Of a DNA stretch of 24,000 nt, positions 8,772 through 16,762 are shown piece by piece. The stretch's first letter is position 1. Every line of letters starts with the position of its first letter. A program made the position numbers and the translations under genes. Under the pieces are notes generated by a model. That model worked only from the letters and a program-made list of their open reading frames with translations. It searched no databases and was not told the origin of the DNA. Origin of the DNA: Paenibacillus sophorae. GTDB taxonomy: Bacteria > Bacillota > Bacilli > Paenibacillales > Paenibacillaceae. Where the stretch lies: NCBI RefSeq assembly GCF_018966525.1, contig NZ_CP076607.1:1657705-1681704 (forward strand). Reading direction: 5' to 3'.

Positions 8772-8800
8772 ATTTTAACATAAATCAACCGCATGTGTAA
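8772..8800 (-). promoter_or_regulatory. Sigma-A type promoter of glgP
   Basis: The minus strand reads TTACAC (8800-8795), a 17-nt spacer, then TAAAAT (8777-8772), preceded by TGT (extended -10). Confidence 0.55.
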
Positions 8801-8861
8801 CAACGTTTTTGTGAGAGATGTCAGCAGGAACCCCAGCCGGGCAAGCGATTCCACGTAAATG

Positions 8862-8899
8862 AAATGGCGGACCGAGGAGTAGCCATTGATCCGCCATTT
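8862..8899 (-). terminator. Hairpin downstream of the LysR gene (possible weak terminator)
   Basis: AAATGGCGGA (8862-8871) pairs with TCCGCCATTT (8890-8899), a 10-bp stem with an 18-nt loop. There is no clean U-tract on the minus strand. Confidence 0.3.
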
Positions 8900-8945
8900 T
8901 GGACCTGCGAAGCTGCCCCGTACATCGGCACCAACGTGTGTATAG

Positions 8946-9857
8946 TTAGAACTGTTTATGCGTTTTTTGAAAAAAATTCTTTCCATAACTTATAGCGAAA
9001 TTTCGGAACTCCGTGGCGGCTGGAGATAGATAGCGGTTGCGGACACTCGCGACATAAATAAAACGTTCATAAGACGGGTTCTTGATATCGAGCACATCCA
9101 CATCAAAATGGGAAAGGGCGGAAATACGGGGCATTACCGCAATGCCGTATCCTACCGATACAAGACCCGCCATGGCGGTGTCCTCTTCAATTTCGCATAC
9201 GATGTTTGGTCTTGCGCCCACCTTGGCGAACAAACTGTCGATGATCGGCCGCAGGCCGCTTTTTGGATTGAAATAAACCATGGGATAGGAAGCCGTGTCC
9301 TTAAGATCGATGCTGCCGGCTGCAGACAGCGGATGATTCTTGGGCGTGATGACGACCAGCTCTTGCTCGGCCAAAGGAATAAACTCGATCTCGGGTTCAT
9401 GGTCGATATAAGAGCAGAAGGCGATATCGTATTGGTCGTCCTTCAAGCCTTGGATTATATTTTTCGTATTTCCCTGATGAAAAGTGAAGGACATTTTCTT
9501 ATGTTCATCAAGTAAGGAAAAAGACTGCACCAGCGCGGGTACGAAATGAGCACCCAGCGTGTAGATAAAAGCAAGGTCGATCACCCCGCTGGAGGGGCTG
9601 GTCAGCTCGCGGACCTTCTTCTCGCCTTTTTCCAGTTCGTCCAGAGCGCGGTTAACATAACTAAGGAAGAGCTTGCCGTACTTGGTAAGCCGGATATTCC
9701 GTCCCTGCTTCTCAAACAGATAAGTTCCCAGTTCCTTCTCAAGCTCCGATATGGCGTGGCTGAGGCTTGGTTGGGTAATGGATAATTTGATCGCCGCCTG
9801 TGTAATATGTTCCGTTTCAGCAATTACCCGGAAATACTGCAGATGCCGTAAGTTCAT
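8946..9857 (-). CDS. LysR-family transcriptional regulator, 303 aa
   Basis: The N-terminal wHTH MNLRHLQYFRVIAETEHITQAAIKLSITQPSLSHAISELEKELGTYLFEKQGRNIRLTKYG is typical of LTTRs. ATG 9857 lies 7 nt after AAAGGAGTG. It is divergent from the gene at 10000. Confidence 0.9.
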   Translation of the reverse strand: MNLRHLQYFRVIAETEHITQAAIKLSITQPSLSHAISELEKELGTYLFEKQGRNIRLTKYGKLFLSYVNRALDELEKGEKKVRELTSPSSGVIDLAFIYTLGAHFVPALVQSFSLLDEHKKMSFTFHQGNTKNIIQGLKDDQYDIAFCSYIDHEPEIEFIPLAEQELVVITPKNHPLSAAGSIDLKDTASYPMVYFNPKSGLRPIIDSLFAKVGARPNIVCEIEEDTAMAGLVSVGYGIAVMPRISALSHFDVDVLDIKNPSYERFIYVASVRNRYLSPAATEFRNFAISYGKNFFQKTHKQF

Positions 9858-9913
9858 GGTGGTTCACTCCTTTATATATAGATACATTCTATTGAAAATG
9901 CTCAAAATATGAA

Positions 9914-9943
9914 TTAGATTTATAATAACACGTCCTCTATAAT
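9914..9943 (+). promoter_or_regulatory. Candidate promoter for the 10000-15062 cluster
   Basis: TTAGAT (9914-9919), an 18-nt spacer, then TATAAT (9938-9943) in the AT-rich divergent intergenic region. I could not identify an unambiguous LTTR T-N11-A box. Confidence 0.3.
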
Positions 9944-9999
9944 AAGCATGTGAAGATTTTCACTTGAGCGTATAAGCTTTTTATTATGGAGGGGACAAC

Positions 10000-11991
10000 A
10001 TGTATCAACATCTTTTTTCGCCGCTGACCGTTAAAAGCATGACGATAAAGAACCGCATTGTAATGCCGCCGATGGGCACGAACTACGGTGATCCGAACGG
10101 TGAGTTTACCGAGGATCATATGAAATATTACGAGAGACGGGCAAAAGGCGGCGTTGGACTCATCATTGTGGAAAATGCATGTCTTCAGTTCCCGATGGGC
10201 TCCAACGGAACGACGCAGATTCGCATTGACCACGACCGCTACATTCCGGGCATGTACAGATTGACCGAGAAGCTGCACAAGCACGGAGCCTGCGTAGCGC
10301 TGCAAATCAACCATGCCGGGGCTTCCGCGGTGCCTGAACGGATTGGCGGCCAGCCTGTATCTTCCTCGAACATTCCTTCGAAGACGGGAGGAGCCGTTCC
10401 CCGCCCGCTGGAGAAGGACGAAATTCAGGGTATCGTCGAGCAATACGGCAAAGCGGCGAAACGTGTGGTCGCAGCCGGTTTCGACGCGATTGAAATCCAT
10501 GCAGGACATTCGTATCTTCTCTGCCAATTCCTGTCGCCGGTCTATAACAAGCGGACCGACGAGTTCGGCGGCAGCTTTGAGAACAGAGCGAGATTTGCGC
10601 GGATGGTTATCGACCGGATCAGAAAGGAAGTCGGACCTTTCTTCCCGATCATGATGCGCTTCAGCGCGGACGAGTTCATCGAAGGCGGCAATACACTGGA
10701 GGACACGCTGCAAATTCTCGAGTTTTTGAATGATGAAGTCGATATCTTCAACGTTTCTGCGGCGCTGAACGATTCCCTGCAATATCAGATCGACCAAATG
10801 AATCTGCCGGACGGCTGGCGCGCTTATCTGTCCAAAGCGGTCAGAGACAAGTTCGGCAAGCCGACCATTGCCACCGGCAACTTCCGCGATCCGGCCGTAC
10901 TCGAAAAGACGCTTGCAGACGGCGATGCGGACCTGATCGGTATCGGCCGCGGACTGATCGCCGACCCGGATTGGGTGGGCAAGGTGCAGACCGGACATGA
11001 AGACATGGTTCGCAAATGCATCTCTTGTAACATCGGCTGCGCCGGACACCGGATCGCGCTGAACCGTCCGATCCGCTGCACGATCAATCCTGAAGTCATC
11101 CACGGCGAGGATTACAAAGAGAACAAGGTAACCCGGCAGACCAATGTTGTCGTAATCGGCGGCGGCACCGCCGGCCTTGAAGCGGCCTGCACGGCTGCCG
11201 AGGTGGGCTGCACCACATTCCTGTTCGAGCAAAGACCACGTGTAGGCGGGCTTGCGCGGGAAATCGCCAAGCTCCCGGACAAGAAAAGAATCGCCGATTT
11301 TCCGAACTACCTGGAAAAGAGAAGCCAGAAGCTGAAAAACCTGATTACCTTTACCAACACGAAAGCCGACGCGCAGCTTATTGAAAACTTCAAGCCGGAT
11401 GTTATTATTAACGCTACCGGTTCGAAGCCGCTCCTGCCGCCGATTGCCGGACTGCTTGAACATATCGACAAGGAAGGCGAGAACATTCTGTCCATTTTCG
11501 GTCTGCTGCGCCGTGTCGACGAATTCTCGGCAATGGACCTGGAAGGCAAAAAAATCGTCGTTATCGGCGGTGGAGCCGTTGGCCTGGACGTTGTGGAATT
11601 CTTCGCGGAACGGAAAGCCGAGGTTACGATCGTTGAACGCCTGCCGGAGCTAGGCAGAGACCTGGACCTGATCACCAAGCTGTCGATGATGCAGATGATC
11701 AAGGACAAGAATGTATCCGTTCATACGCTCACTGCGCTGGTGGAAGTGGCGGGAGATCATTTCAAAGTCAATTATGAGGGCGAGGACAAGAATTTCGAGT
11801 TTGACTACGGCTTTGTCTGCCTGGGAATGAAACCGGAGAATCCGGGTCTTGCTGAACTGCAGAACCATTTTCTGCAGCGGAATGTCGAGGTTGTAAACAT
11901 CGGCGACAGCTTTAGAACCCGCAAAATTCTCGACGGCATCCGCGAAGGACGCAATATTCTTTCGACCTTGGAAAAAATCGGCGCATTGTAA
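10000..11991 (+). CDS. FMN/FAD/4Fe-4S NAD(P)H-dependent enoate reductase / 2,4-dienoyl-CoA reductase (FadH) family oxidoreductase, 663 aa
   Basis: It has an OYE-type N-terminus (LFSPLTVKSMTIKNRIVMPPMGTNY...GGVGLIIVE...HAGHSYLLCQFLSP). This is followed by CISCNIGCAGHRIALNRPIRC (C-X2-C-X3-C-X12-C) and two dinucleotide folds (VVVIGGGTAGLEAA, IVVIGGGAVGLDVVE). ATG 10000 lies 5 nt after GGAGGGG. Confidence 0.85.
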   Translation: MYQHLFSPLTVKSMTIKNRIVMPPMGTNYGDPNGEFTEDHMKYYERRAKGGVGLIIVENACLQFPMGSNGTTQIRIDHDRYIPGMYRLTEKLHKHGACVALQINHAGASAVPERIGGQPVSSSNIPSKTGGAVPRPLEKDEIQGIVEQYGKAAKRVVAAGFDAIEIHAGHSYLLCQFLSPVYNKRTDEFGGSFENRARFARMVIDRIRKEVGPFFPIMMRFSADEFIEGGNTLEDTLQILEFLNDEVDIFNVSAALNDSLQYQIDQMNLPDGWRAYLSKAVRDKFGKPTIATGNFRDPAVLEKTLADGDADLIGIGRGLIADPDWVGKVQTGHEDMVRKCISCNIGCAGHRIALNRPIRCTINPEVIHGEDYKENKVTRQTNVVVIGGGTAGLEAACTAAEVGCTTFLFEQRPRVGGLAREIAKLPDKKRIADFPNYLEKRSQKLKNLITFTNTKADAQLIENFKPDVIINATGSKPLLPPIAGLLEHIDKEGENILSIFGLLRRVDEFSAMDLEGKKIVVIGGGAVGLDVVEFFAERKAEVTIVERLPELGRDLDLITKLSMMQMIKDKNVSVHTLTALVEVAGDHFKVNYEGEDKNFEFDYGFVCLGMKPENPGLAELQNHFLQRNVEVVNIGDSFRTRKILDGIREGRNILSTLEKIGAL

Positions 11992-12064
11992 TCCGCGGCG
12001 CTATTAAAGGAGAGAACACTCCTAGACAATAGATCAATTGACAACGAAGGGAAGTAATAAAAGA

Positions 12065-12928
12065 ATGGCAGAGCGCATTACAGGTTATACACAGCTTATA
12101 GGTTTGCTGGGAACTCCGATTGCCCACAGCCTGTCTCCAACCATGCACAACGAAGCTTTTGCTAAACTTGGACTTGACTATGTATATATGGCCTTTGGCG
12201 TCGGCAACGAACAGTTGCCTGACGTCATCAAGGGCTTCCGGGCATTGGGCCTTCGCGGCTTCAATGTTACCATGCCGAATAAATCGCTGGTGCTGGACTA
12301 TCTCGACAAGCTGTCTCCAGCCGCTGAGCTGGCAGGCTCGGTGAACACCGTTGTTAACGATGAGGGTGTTCTGACCGGCCATATCACGGACGGCACGGGA
12401 TACATGCGGGCGCTTAAGGAGGAAGGCATCAATGTTATCGGCGAGAAGATGACGATTGCCGGTGGCGGCGGCGCCGCTACGGCGATCTGTATTCAAGCCG
12501 CGCTTGACGGAGTAAAGGAGATATCCATCTTCAACAAGAAGGATAAGTTCTATCCCCGCGCCGAAACGACCGTGGAGAAAATCCGCTCCAAAACCGACTG
12601 TAAAGTGCAGCTGTTCGATGTTGACGATCAGGAAACGCTCCGTCGGGAAATTGCAGACAGCGTGATTTTTACCAACGCTACCGGGGTAGGGATGAAGCCG
12701 CTTGAAGATCAATGCCTCATTTCCGACCTTTCAATGCTGCGTCCGGATTTGGTGGTATCGGATGTAGTTTATATTCCGAAGAAGACCAAACTGCTGGAAA
12801 TGGCCGAAGCCAGAGGCTGCCGCACAATCAACGGTCTGGGCATGATGCTGTGGCAGGGAGCCAGAGCCTTCGAGATCTGGACCGGCAAAGAAATGCCTGT
12901 CGGCTATATCAAAGAGCTGCTGTTCTAG
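12065..12928 (+). CDS. ydiB: Quinate/shikimate dehydrogenase, YdiB-like (NAD(P)-dependent), 287 aa
   Basis: It is colinear with E. coli YdiB as I remember it: LIGLLGTPIAHSLSPTMHN, YMAFGV, NVTMPNK, NTVVNDEGVLTGHITDGTG, GGGGAATAI, EISIFNKKD (YdiB FNRRD), GVGMKPLE, LLWQGARAFEIWTGKEMP. Start set at ATG 12065, 10 nt after GAAGGGAAG; the ORF-track TTG 12038 has no SD. Confidence 0.85.
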   Translation: MAERITGYTQLIGLLGTPIAHSLSPTMHNEAFAKLGLDYVYMAFGVGNEQLPDVIKGFRALGLRGFNVTMPNKSLVLDYLDKLSPAAELAGSVNTVVNDEGVLTGHITDGTGYMRALKEEGINVIGEKMTIAGGGGAATAICIQAALDGVKEISIFNKKDKFYPRAETTVEKIRSKTDCKVQLFDVDDQETLRREIADSVIFTNATGVGMKPLEDQCLISDLSMLRPDLVVSDVVYIPKKTKLLEMAEARGCRTINGLGMMLWQGARAFEIWTGKEMPVGYIKELLF

Positions 12929-13051
12929 AAATCCGATCTATTTATTCATCCGCGGCGTATGCGGGGGGTAGAGGTTTTTATAGAAAAGTTTGTGAAAAAA
13001 TTAACTATTTAAATATTTTCCTTATTGGGAGAAAAGATTGGGTGGAACCAG

Positions 13052-14266
13052 ATGAAAAATAAATATATGCCGACAGCAATTTCTCTGTATATCAACTACT
13101 TTGTGCATGGGATGGGTGCCATTATTATGGCCCAAAATATGGATTTCTTAACCAAACAGCTTCATACGGACACTACCGGGGTCGCTTATGTCATTTCGGC
13201 GCTCGGCATTGGCCGGCTGCTCGTGCTCTTTGTATCCGGCGTGTTATCCGATAAATTTGGACGTAAGCCGTTCGTGTTTACCGGAATGGCGATTTACGCG
13301 CTGTTCTTCGCCGGTATTTTGGTAGCTCCGAATGTGTCTGTCGCCTTTATTTTCGCCCTGCTCGCGGGGATGGCCAACTCGATATTGGATTCCGGAACCT
13401 ATCCTGCGCTGATGGAATCTTTTCCCGAAACGCCGGGCACAGCCAATGTTATCATCAAGGCTTTCATTTCCGCCGGACAGTTCGCGCTGCCGCTGATTAT
13501 CAGCATGCTGATTTCGGGTGATCTATACTACGGATATTCGTTCCTGCTGTGCATCGCGATCTTTATCGTGAATGGACTCGTGCTGTCTCGTCTTAAGTTC
13601 CCGGACCATAAAGTTCAGGCGGCTCCGGCAGCCTCATCCGAAAGCGGCAGCGACAGCAAATTCAGAAACAAACCGAATTTCTGGATTGAGGGAATCTGCC
13701 TGATTTTAATCGGTTACACCGCCACGGCTACTTTTTATCTGATTTCCGTCTGGCTTCCCAAATACGGTGAACAGGTCATACAAATGTCCAAGACGTCGTC
13801 GCTTCAGTTAATCAGCTATTACAGTATCGGGTCGCTCCTGGCGGTATTCGTTACATCTTATCTTGTCAAAAGCCTGGTTCGTCCAGTGACCTTCGTGCTG
13901 CTGTATCCGTTCATTTCTTTTGTGGCGCTTCTGGTGCTCTGGCAGGTGAGAACACCGCTTGTCTGCGTTATCTCCGCCTTTGTGATCGGGTTCTCGGCTG
14001 CGGGCGGGGTGCTTCAGCTGGCGCTGACTACGATGTCCGAGTTGTTTCCGAGCAGCAAGGGGAAAATTACAGGTATCGTCTATACGGCATCCAGTCTGGC
14101 TACGTTCTCCATCCCGGTAATTACCGGCATTTTGTCCAAGACGAGCATCAGCAATATCATCCTGTTTGACGCAATCGTTACCTTTGTCGGCGTACTGCTG
14201 GCGATAATCGTAAATATGCGGTACCGTAGAGTTATTAACCCGGTTTCTGCTGGGGTTCAAGCTTGA
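13052..14266 (+). CDS. MFS transporter (YdiM/YdiN-like), 404 aa
   Basis: It is hydrophobic with multiple predicted spans and carries MFS motif A, GVLSDKFGRKP. Several blocks (GTYPALMESFP, FVIGFSAAGGVLQL) resemble my recollection of E. coli YdiN. ATG 13052 follows GGGTGGAA. Confidence 0.8.
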   Translation: MKNKYMPTAISLYINYFVHGMGAIIMAQNMDFLTKQLHTDTTGVAYVISALGIGRLLVLFVSGVLSDKFGRKPFVFTGMAIYALFFAGILVAPNVSVAFIFALLAGMANSILDSGTYPALMESFPETPGTANVIIKAFISAGQFALPLIISMLISGDLYYGYSFLLCIAIFIVNGLVLSRLKFPDHKVQAAPAASSESGSDSKFRNKPNFWIEGICLILIGYTATATFYLISVWLPKYGEQVIQMSKTSSLQLISYYSIGSLLAVFVTSYLVKSLVRPVTFVLLYPFISFVALLVLWQVRTPLVCVISAFVIGFSAAGGVLQLALTTMSELFPSSKGKITGIVYTASSLATFSIPVITGILSKTSISNIILFDAIVTFVGVLLAIIVNMRYRRVINPVSAGVQA

Positions 14267-14297
14267 GTGTTATGAGAATGAGTAAGGAGTGAAGTCA

Positions 14298-15062
14298 ATG
14301 ACCGGTACGGTTAAGGTTAAACAAGTCACCATAGGAGAGGGCATGCCGAAGATTTGCGTTCCGATGGTCGGAGCGACGGTTGCGGAATTGAAAGAAGAAG
14401 CCGAAGCGCTAAAATCACTGGATCTCGATGTAGTGGAATGGCGGGTAGATTTCTTCGATCAGGTTGAGAATATTGAAGCAGTCAAAGCGGCGCTTGCCGA
14501 TATCTGTAATATAATTCCGGACTTCCCGCTCGTCTTTACGTTCCGCAGCGCCAAAGAAGGCGGGGAAAAGGAGATTAGCACGGAATATTATGCGGAACTG
14601 AACCGGGCGGCCGCCGAAACGGGTCTGGCCGATATTATCGACGTCGAGCTGTTTACCGGGGATGATACTGTAAAATCGCTGGTTGATTATGCGCATCAGC
14701 AGGGCGCCTATGTCATTATTTCCAATCATGATTTCCATAAGACGCCGCCTAAAGAGGAGATCATTTCGCGCCTGGAAAAGGGTCGGGAGCTTGGCGGAGA
14801 CTTGCCTAAGATCGCATTGATGCCGGCTGACGCCGGGGATGTATTAACTCTGATTGAAGCAACTTATACAATGAGGGAAAAGTTTCCCGATTGCCCGGTT
14901 ATAACGATGTCGATGGCGGGAAAAGGCATGATCAGCCGGATTGCCGGAGAGGTATTCGGCTCCGCTCTGACCTTCGGATCGGCTAAGAAGGCGTCGGCGC
15001 CGGGGCAGGTTCCGGTGTCCGAGCTGCGCACCGCTCTGGAACTGGTGCACCGCAGCCTCTAA
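14298..15062 (+). CDS. aroD: Type I 3-dehydroquinate dehydratase, 254 aa
   Basis: KICVPMVGATVAELKEEAEALKSLDLDVVEWRVDFF, ISNHDFHKTP and MSMAGKGMISRI (with the Schiff-base Lys region) are typical type I DHQase blocks. ATG 14298 lies 8 nt after AAGGAG. Confidence 0.9.
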   Translation: MTGTVKVKQVTIGEGMPKICVPMVGATVAELKEEAEALKSLDLDVVEWRVDFFDQVENIEAVKAALADICNIIPDFPLVFTFRSAKEGGEKEISTEYYAELNRAAAETGLADIIDVELFTGDDTVKSLVDYAHQQGAYVIISNHDFHKTPPKEEIISRLEKGRELGGDLPKIALMPADAGDVLTLIEATYTMREKFPDCPVITMSMAGKGMISRIAGEVFGSALTFGSAKKASAPGQVPVSELRTALELVHRSL

Positions 15063-15091
15063 TCCGGCAGGACGGGAAGCCTCGCACACGA

Positions 15092-15128
15092 AAAGAACCT
15101 ATTACCATAAAAAGGTGATAGGTTCTTT
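15092..15128. terminator. Shared hairpin terminator between convergent aroD and aroK
   Basis: AAAGAACCTATTACC (15092-15106) pairs with GGTGATAGGTTCTTT (14 Watson-Crick pairs plus 1 G-U), with loop ATAAAAA. The tails on both strands are short and T-rich. Confidence 0.6.
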
Positions 15129-15136
15129 GCACTTTC

Positions 15137-15715
15137 TCAGAAAGCATCGCTAGCCGGATCATACAGTTCCCAGCCGAGCTTGATTGTATCGATAATATGG
15201 TCTGCTATTTCTTCGGGGTCGAGCGAATCGGTAGAGACTTTGGAGTTATTGGCTTCGTAAATGGACTGACGGCTGTAGAACAACTTCTCAATCTCCTCCA
15301 GCGACTTGTTCTGCAGCACCGGACGGCTGTCCATGATGAGCTGCAGCCGGTCTTTCCAGGAGTCCCAGCTTAAGTCGAGATAGAAGACGATGGAGTTGGC
15401 CAGACAGACCTGCTTGATTTCTTCTTGGAGAAAGGAGCCTCCGCCCAGCGAAATAATCTTCAATCGGGTTGTACGGCACAGCTTGGTAATGAATTCTTTT
15501 TCCATTTGTCTGAAAGCTTGTTCACCCATCGATTCAAAGATCTTTGGCACTGGCATGCCGTGAAGCTTCTCGATTTCCTGGTCTATATCGATAAAATCGC
15601 GGTATAGCTTATCGGAGAGATGTCGGCCGATTGTCGTTTTGCCGACGCCCATAAAGCCGATAAGCACAATATTCTTTTCCCGTAAAGGAATATCATTGTT
15701 GATTTGCAAGCCCAT
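15137..15715 (-). CDS. aroK: Shikimate kinase, 192 aa
   Basis: It has the P-loop IVLIGFMGVGKTTIGRHLS, then DIDQEIE and LGGG blocks. Start set at ATG 15715, next to TAAGGAGTGG. The upstream ATG 15754 has no SD, and a TTG two codons downstream is also possible. Confidence 0.85.
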   Translation of the reverse strand: MGLQINNDIPLREKNIVLIGFMGVGKTTIGRHLSDKLYRDFIDIDQEIEKLHGMPVPKIFESMGEQAFRQMEKEFITKLCRTTRLKIISLGGGSFLQEEIKQVCLANSIVFYLDLSWDSWKDRLQLIMDSRPVLQNKSLEEIEKLFYSRQSIYEANNSKVSTDSLDPEEIADHIIDTIKLGWELYDPASDAF

Positions 15716-15781
15716 TCCACTCCTTACTAACACGGAAGCTGATAACTTTTGCATAAACTGCCGCTTTAAATGAATAAATTC

Positions 15782-15810
15782 ATTATAAGGTCCACAGAAA
15801 ATTACAGCAA
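15782..15810 (-). promoter_or_regulatory. Sigma-A type promoter of aroK
   Basis: The minus strand reads TTGCTG (15810-15805), a 17-nt spacer, then TATAAT (15787-15782). The palindrome AATGAAT-AA-ATTCATT (15769-15784) overlaps the -10 box and start site. Confidence 0.6.
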
Positions 15811-15925
15811 TAGCCAGAATATAGAGGGTAGACGGGAATTCTGAATGATGTGAATTTGTTCACAATAATGTGACAAACCATTGGCGGAGGCAGGCGGTGG
15901 AATGAACGGCTGTATTAATCTACAG

Positions 15926-15960
15926 CATGAGAGGCACAGGGCGCCCCTGTGCCTCTCATG
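15926..15960 (-). terminator. Perfect 16-bp GC-rich hairpin 16 nt past the MerR-family stop
   Basis: CATGAGAGGCACAGGG-CGC-CCCTGTGCCTCTCATG. There is no U-tract on either strand, so it is either a terminator with an atypical tail or an RNA-stabilising stem-loop. Confidence 0.5.
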
Positions 15961-15975
15961 CACGGTGAAATTCTT

Positions 15976-16728
15976 TTAGTTTCGCTTTGCTGTATAAATG
16001 AGTACGGCGTCTCTAAGGAAAAGAGCAAGACCTGGTTTATGCTTATCATAGTAAGCGGTGAAGCGTTCGTCGTCGACGTACATCTGCGTGACTCCCGCAT
16101 GGGCTTCCGGAGAATAGGTGCCCCAGTGCGACGTCAGCCACTGCCGGTGAAGGTCAGCGGCATGCTGCGCCGGTTCGCCGGCGGGATCGCCGGTATTCAT
16201 GCCTTCCGCAAGCGAAGCGAACATCTCCTGCTCCACCTTTTGAATAGCTTTGAATTGTTCCTCCGTCATGTTGAGCAGCTGTTTGTTGGACCGGTCAACG
16301 GCATCGTCGCCGTATTTCTCGCGCACTTCCTTGCCATAGGCCTGCTCATTATCGTCAATCAGCTTTTGCTTGAAGCCTGCAAATTTCTCGGTATCGCTCA
16401 TTGAAATCTTTCCTTCCTTGTCGGCCAGCGTCTTCTCTACATTCGAGATCAGCAGGTCGAGTTGTTTTCTTTTCTCCAGCAGCCTGTCATGATGCTCCTT
16501 AAGCGCTTTCGTTCCGTCGAACGAGGGCGAGGTCACGATTGCCTTGATGTTCTCCAGACTGAGGCCCAGCTCGCGGTAAAATAAAATCTGCTGCAGCAGA
16601 TCGACCTCGGGACGGCCATAGATGCGGTAGCCGGAGGAGTTAATTCGGGCCGGTTTCAAAATCCCGAACTCATCGTAATAACGCAGCGTGCGCGCGCTGA
16701 TTCCCGCAAGTAATGCGAGTTTTTGCAC
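15976..16728 (-). CDS. MerR-family regulator with TipAS/Mta-type C-terminal domain, 250 aa from GTG (5 residues longer if the upstream ATC is used)
   Basis: LAGISARTLRYYDEFGILKPARINSSGYRIYGRPEVDLLQQILFYRELGLSLENIKAIV is a MerR HTH plus coiled coil. The C-terminus ...MYVDDERFTAYYDKHKPGLALFLRDAVLIY parallels B. subtilis Mta / TipAS as I remember it. The start codon is uncertain (see findings). Confidence 0.85.
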   Translation of the reverse strand: MQKLALLAGISARTLRYYDEFGILKPARINSSGYRIYGRPEVDLLQQILFYRELGLSLENIKAIVTSPSFDGTKALKEHHDRLLEKRKQLDLLISNVEKTLADKEGKISMSDTEKFAGFKQKLIDDNEQAYGKEVREKYGDDAVDRSNKQLLNMTEEQFKAIQKVEQEMFASLAEGMNTGDPAGEPAQHAADLHRQWLTSHWGTYSPEAHAGVTQMYVDDERFTAYYDKHKPGLALFLRDAVLIYTAKRN

Positions 16729-16762
16729 TGTGTATTCCGTGATGGCACCTCCTCACAAACTC

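Noticed and set aside
8768-8986. 72-aa minus-strand ORF between the LysR gene and glgP
   Set aside because: It overlaps the LysR gene's 3' end and covers the glgP promoter/cre region. It has no SD and implausible composition.
9937-11463. 508-aa ORF antisense to the enoate-reductase gene
   Set aside because: It shadows a gene with clear FMN, 4Fe-4S and FAD motifs. It has no SD and low-complexity Arg/Leu/Val content, and it would run through the divergent promoter region.
11912-12712. 266-aa ORF antisense to ydiB
   Set aside because: It is a shadow ORF of a gene colinear with E. coli YdiB, and it has no motifs.
11992-12957. 10-mer ATCCGCGGCG found just after both the enoate-reductase stop and the ydiB stop
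   Set aside because: Hundreds of repeated 10-mers are expected by chance in 24 kb, and neither copy forms a convincing hairpin.
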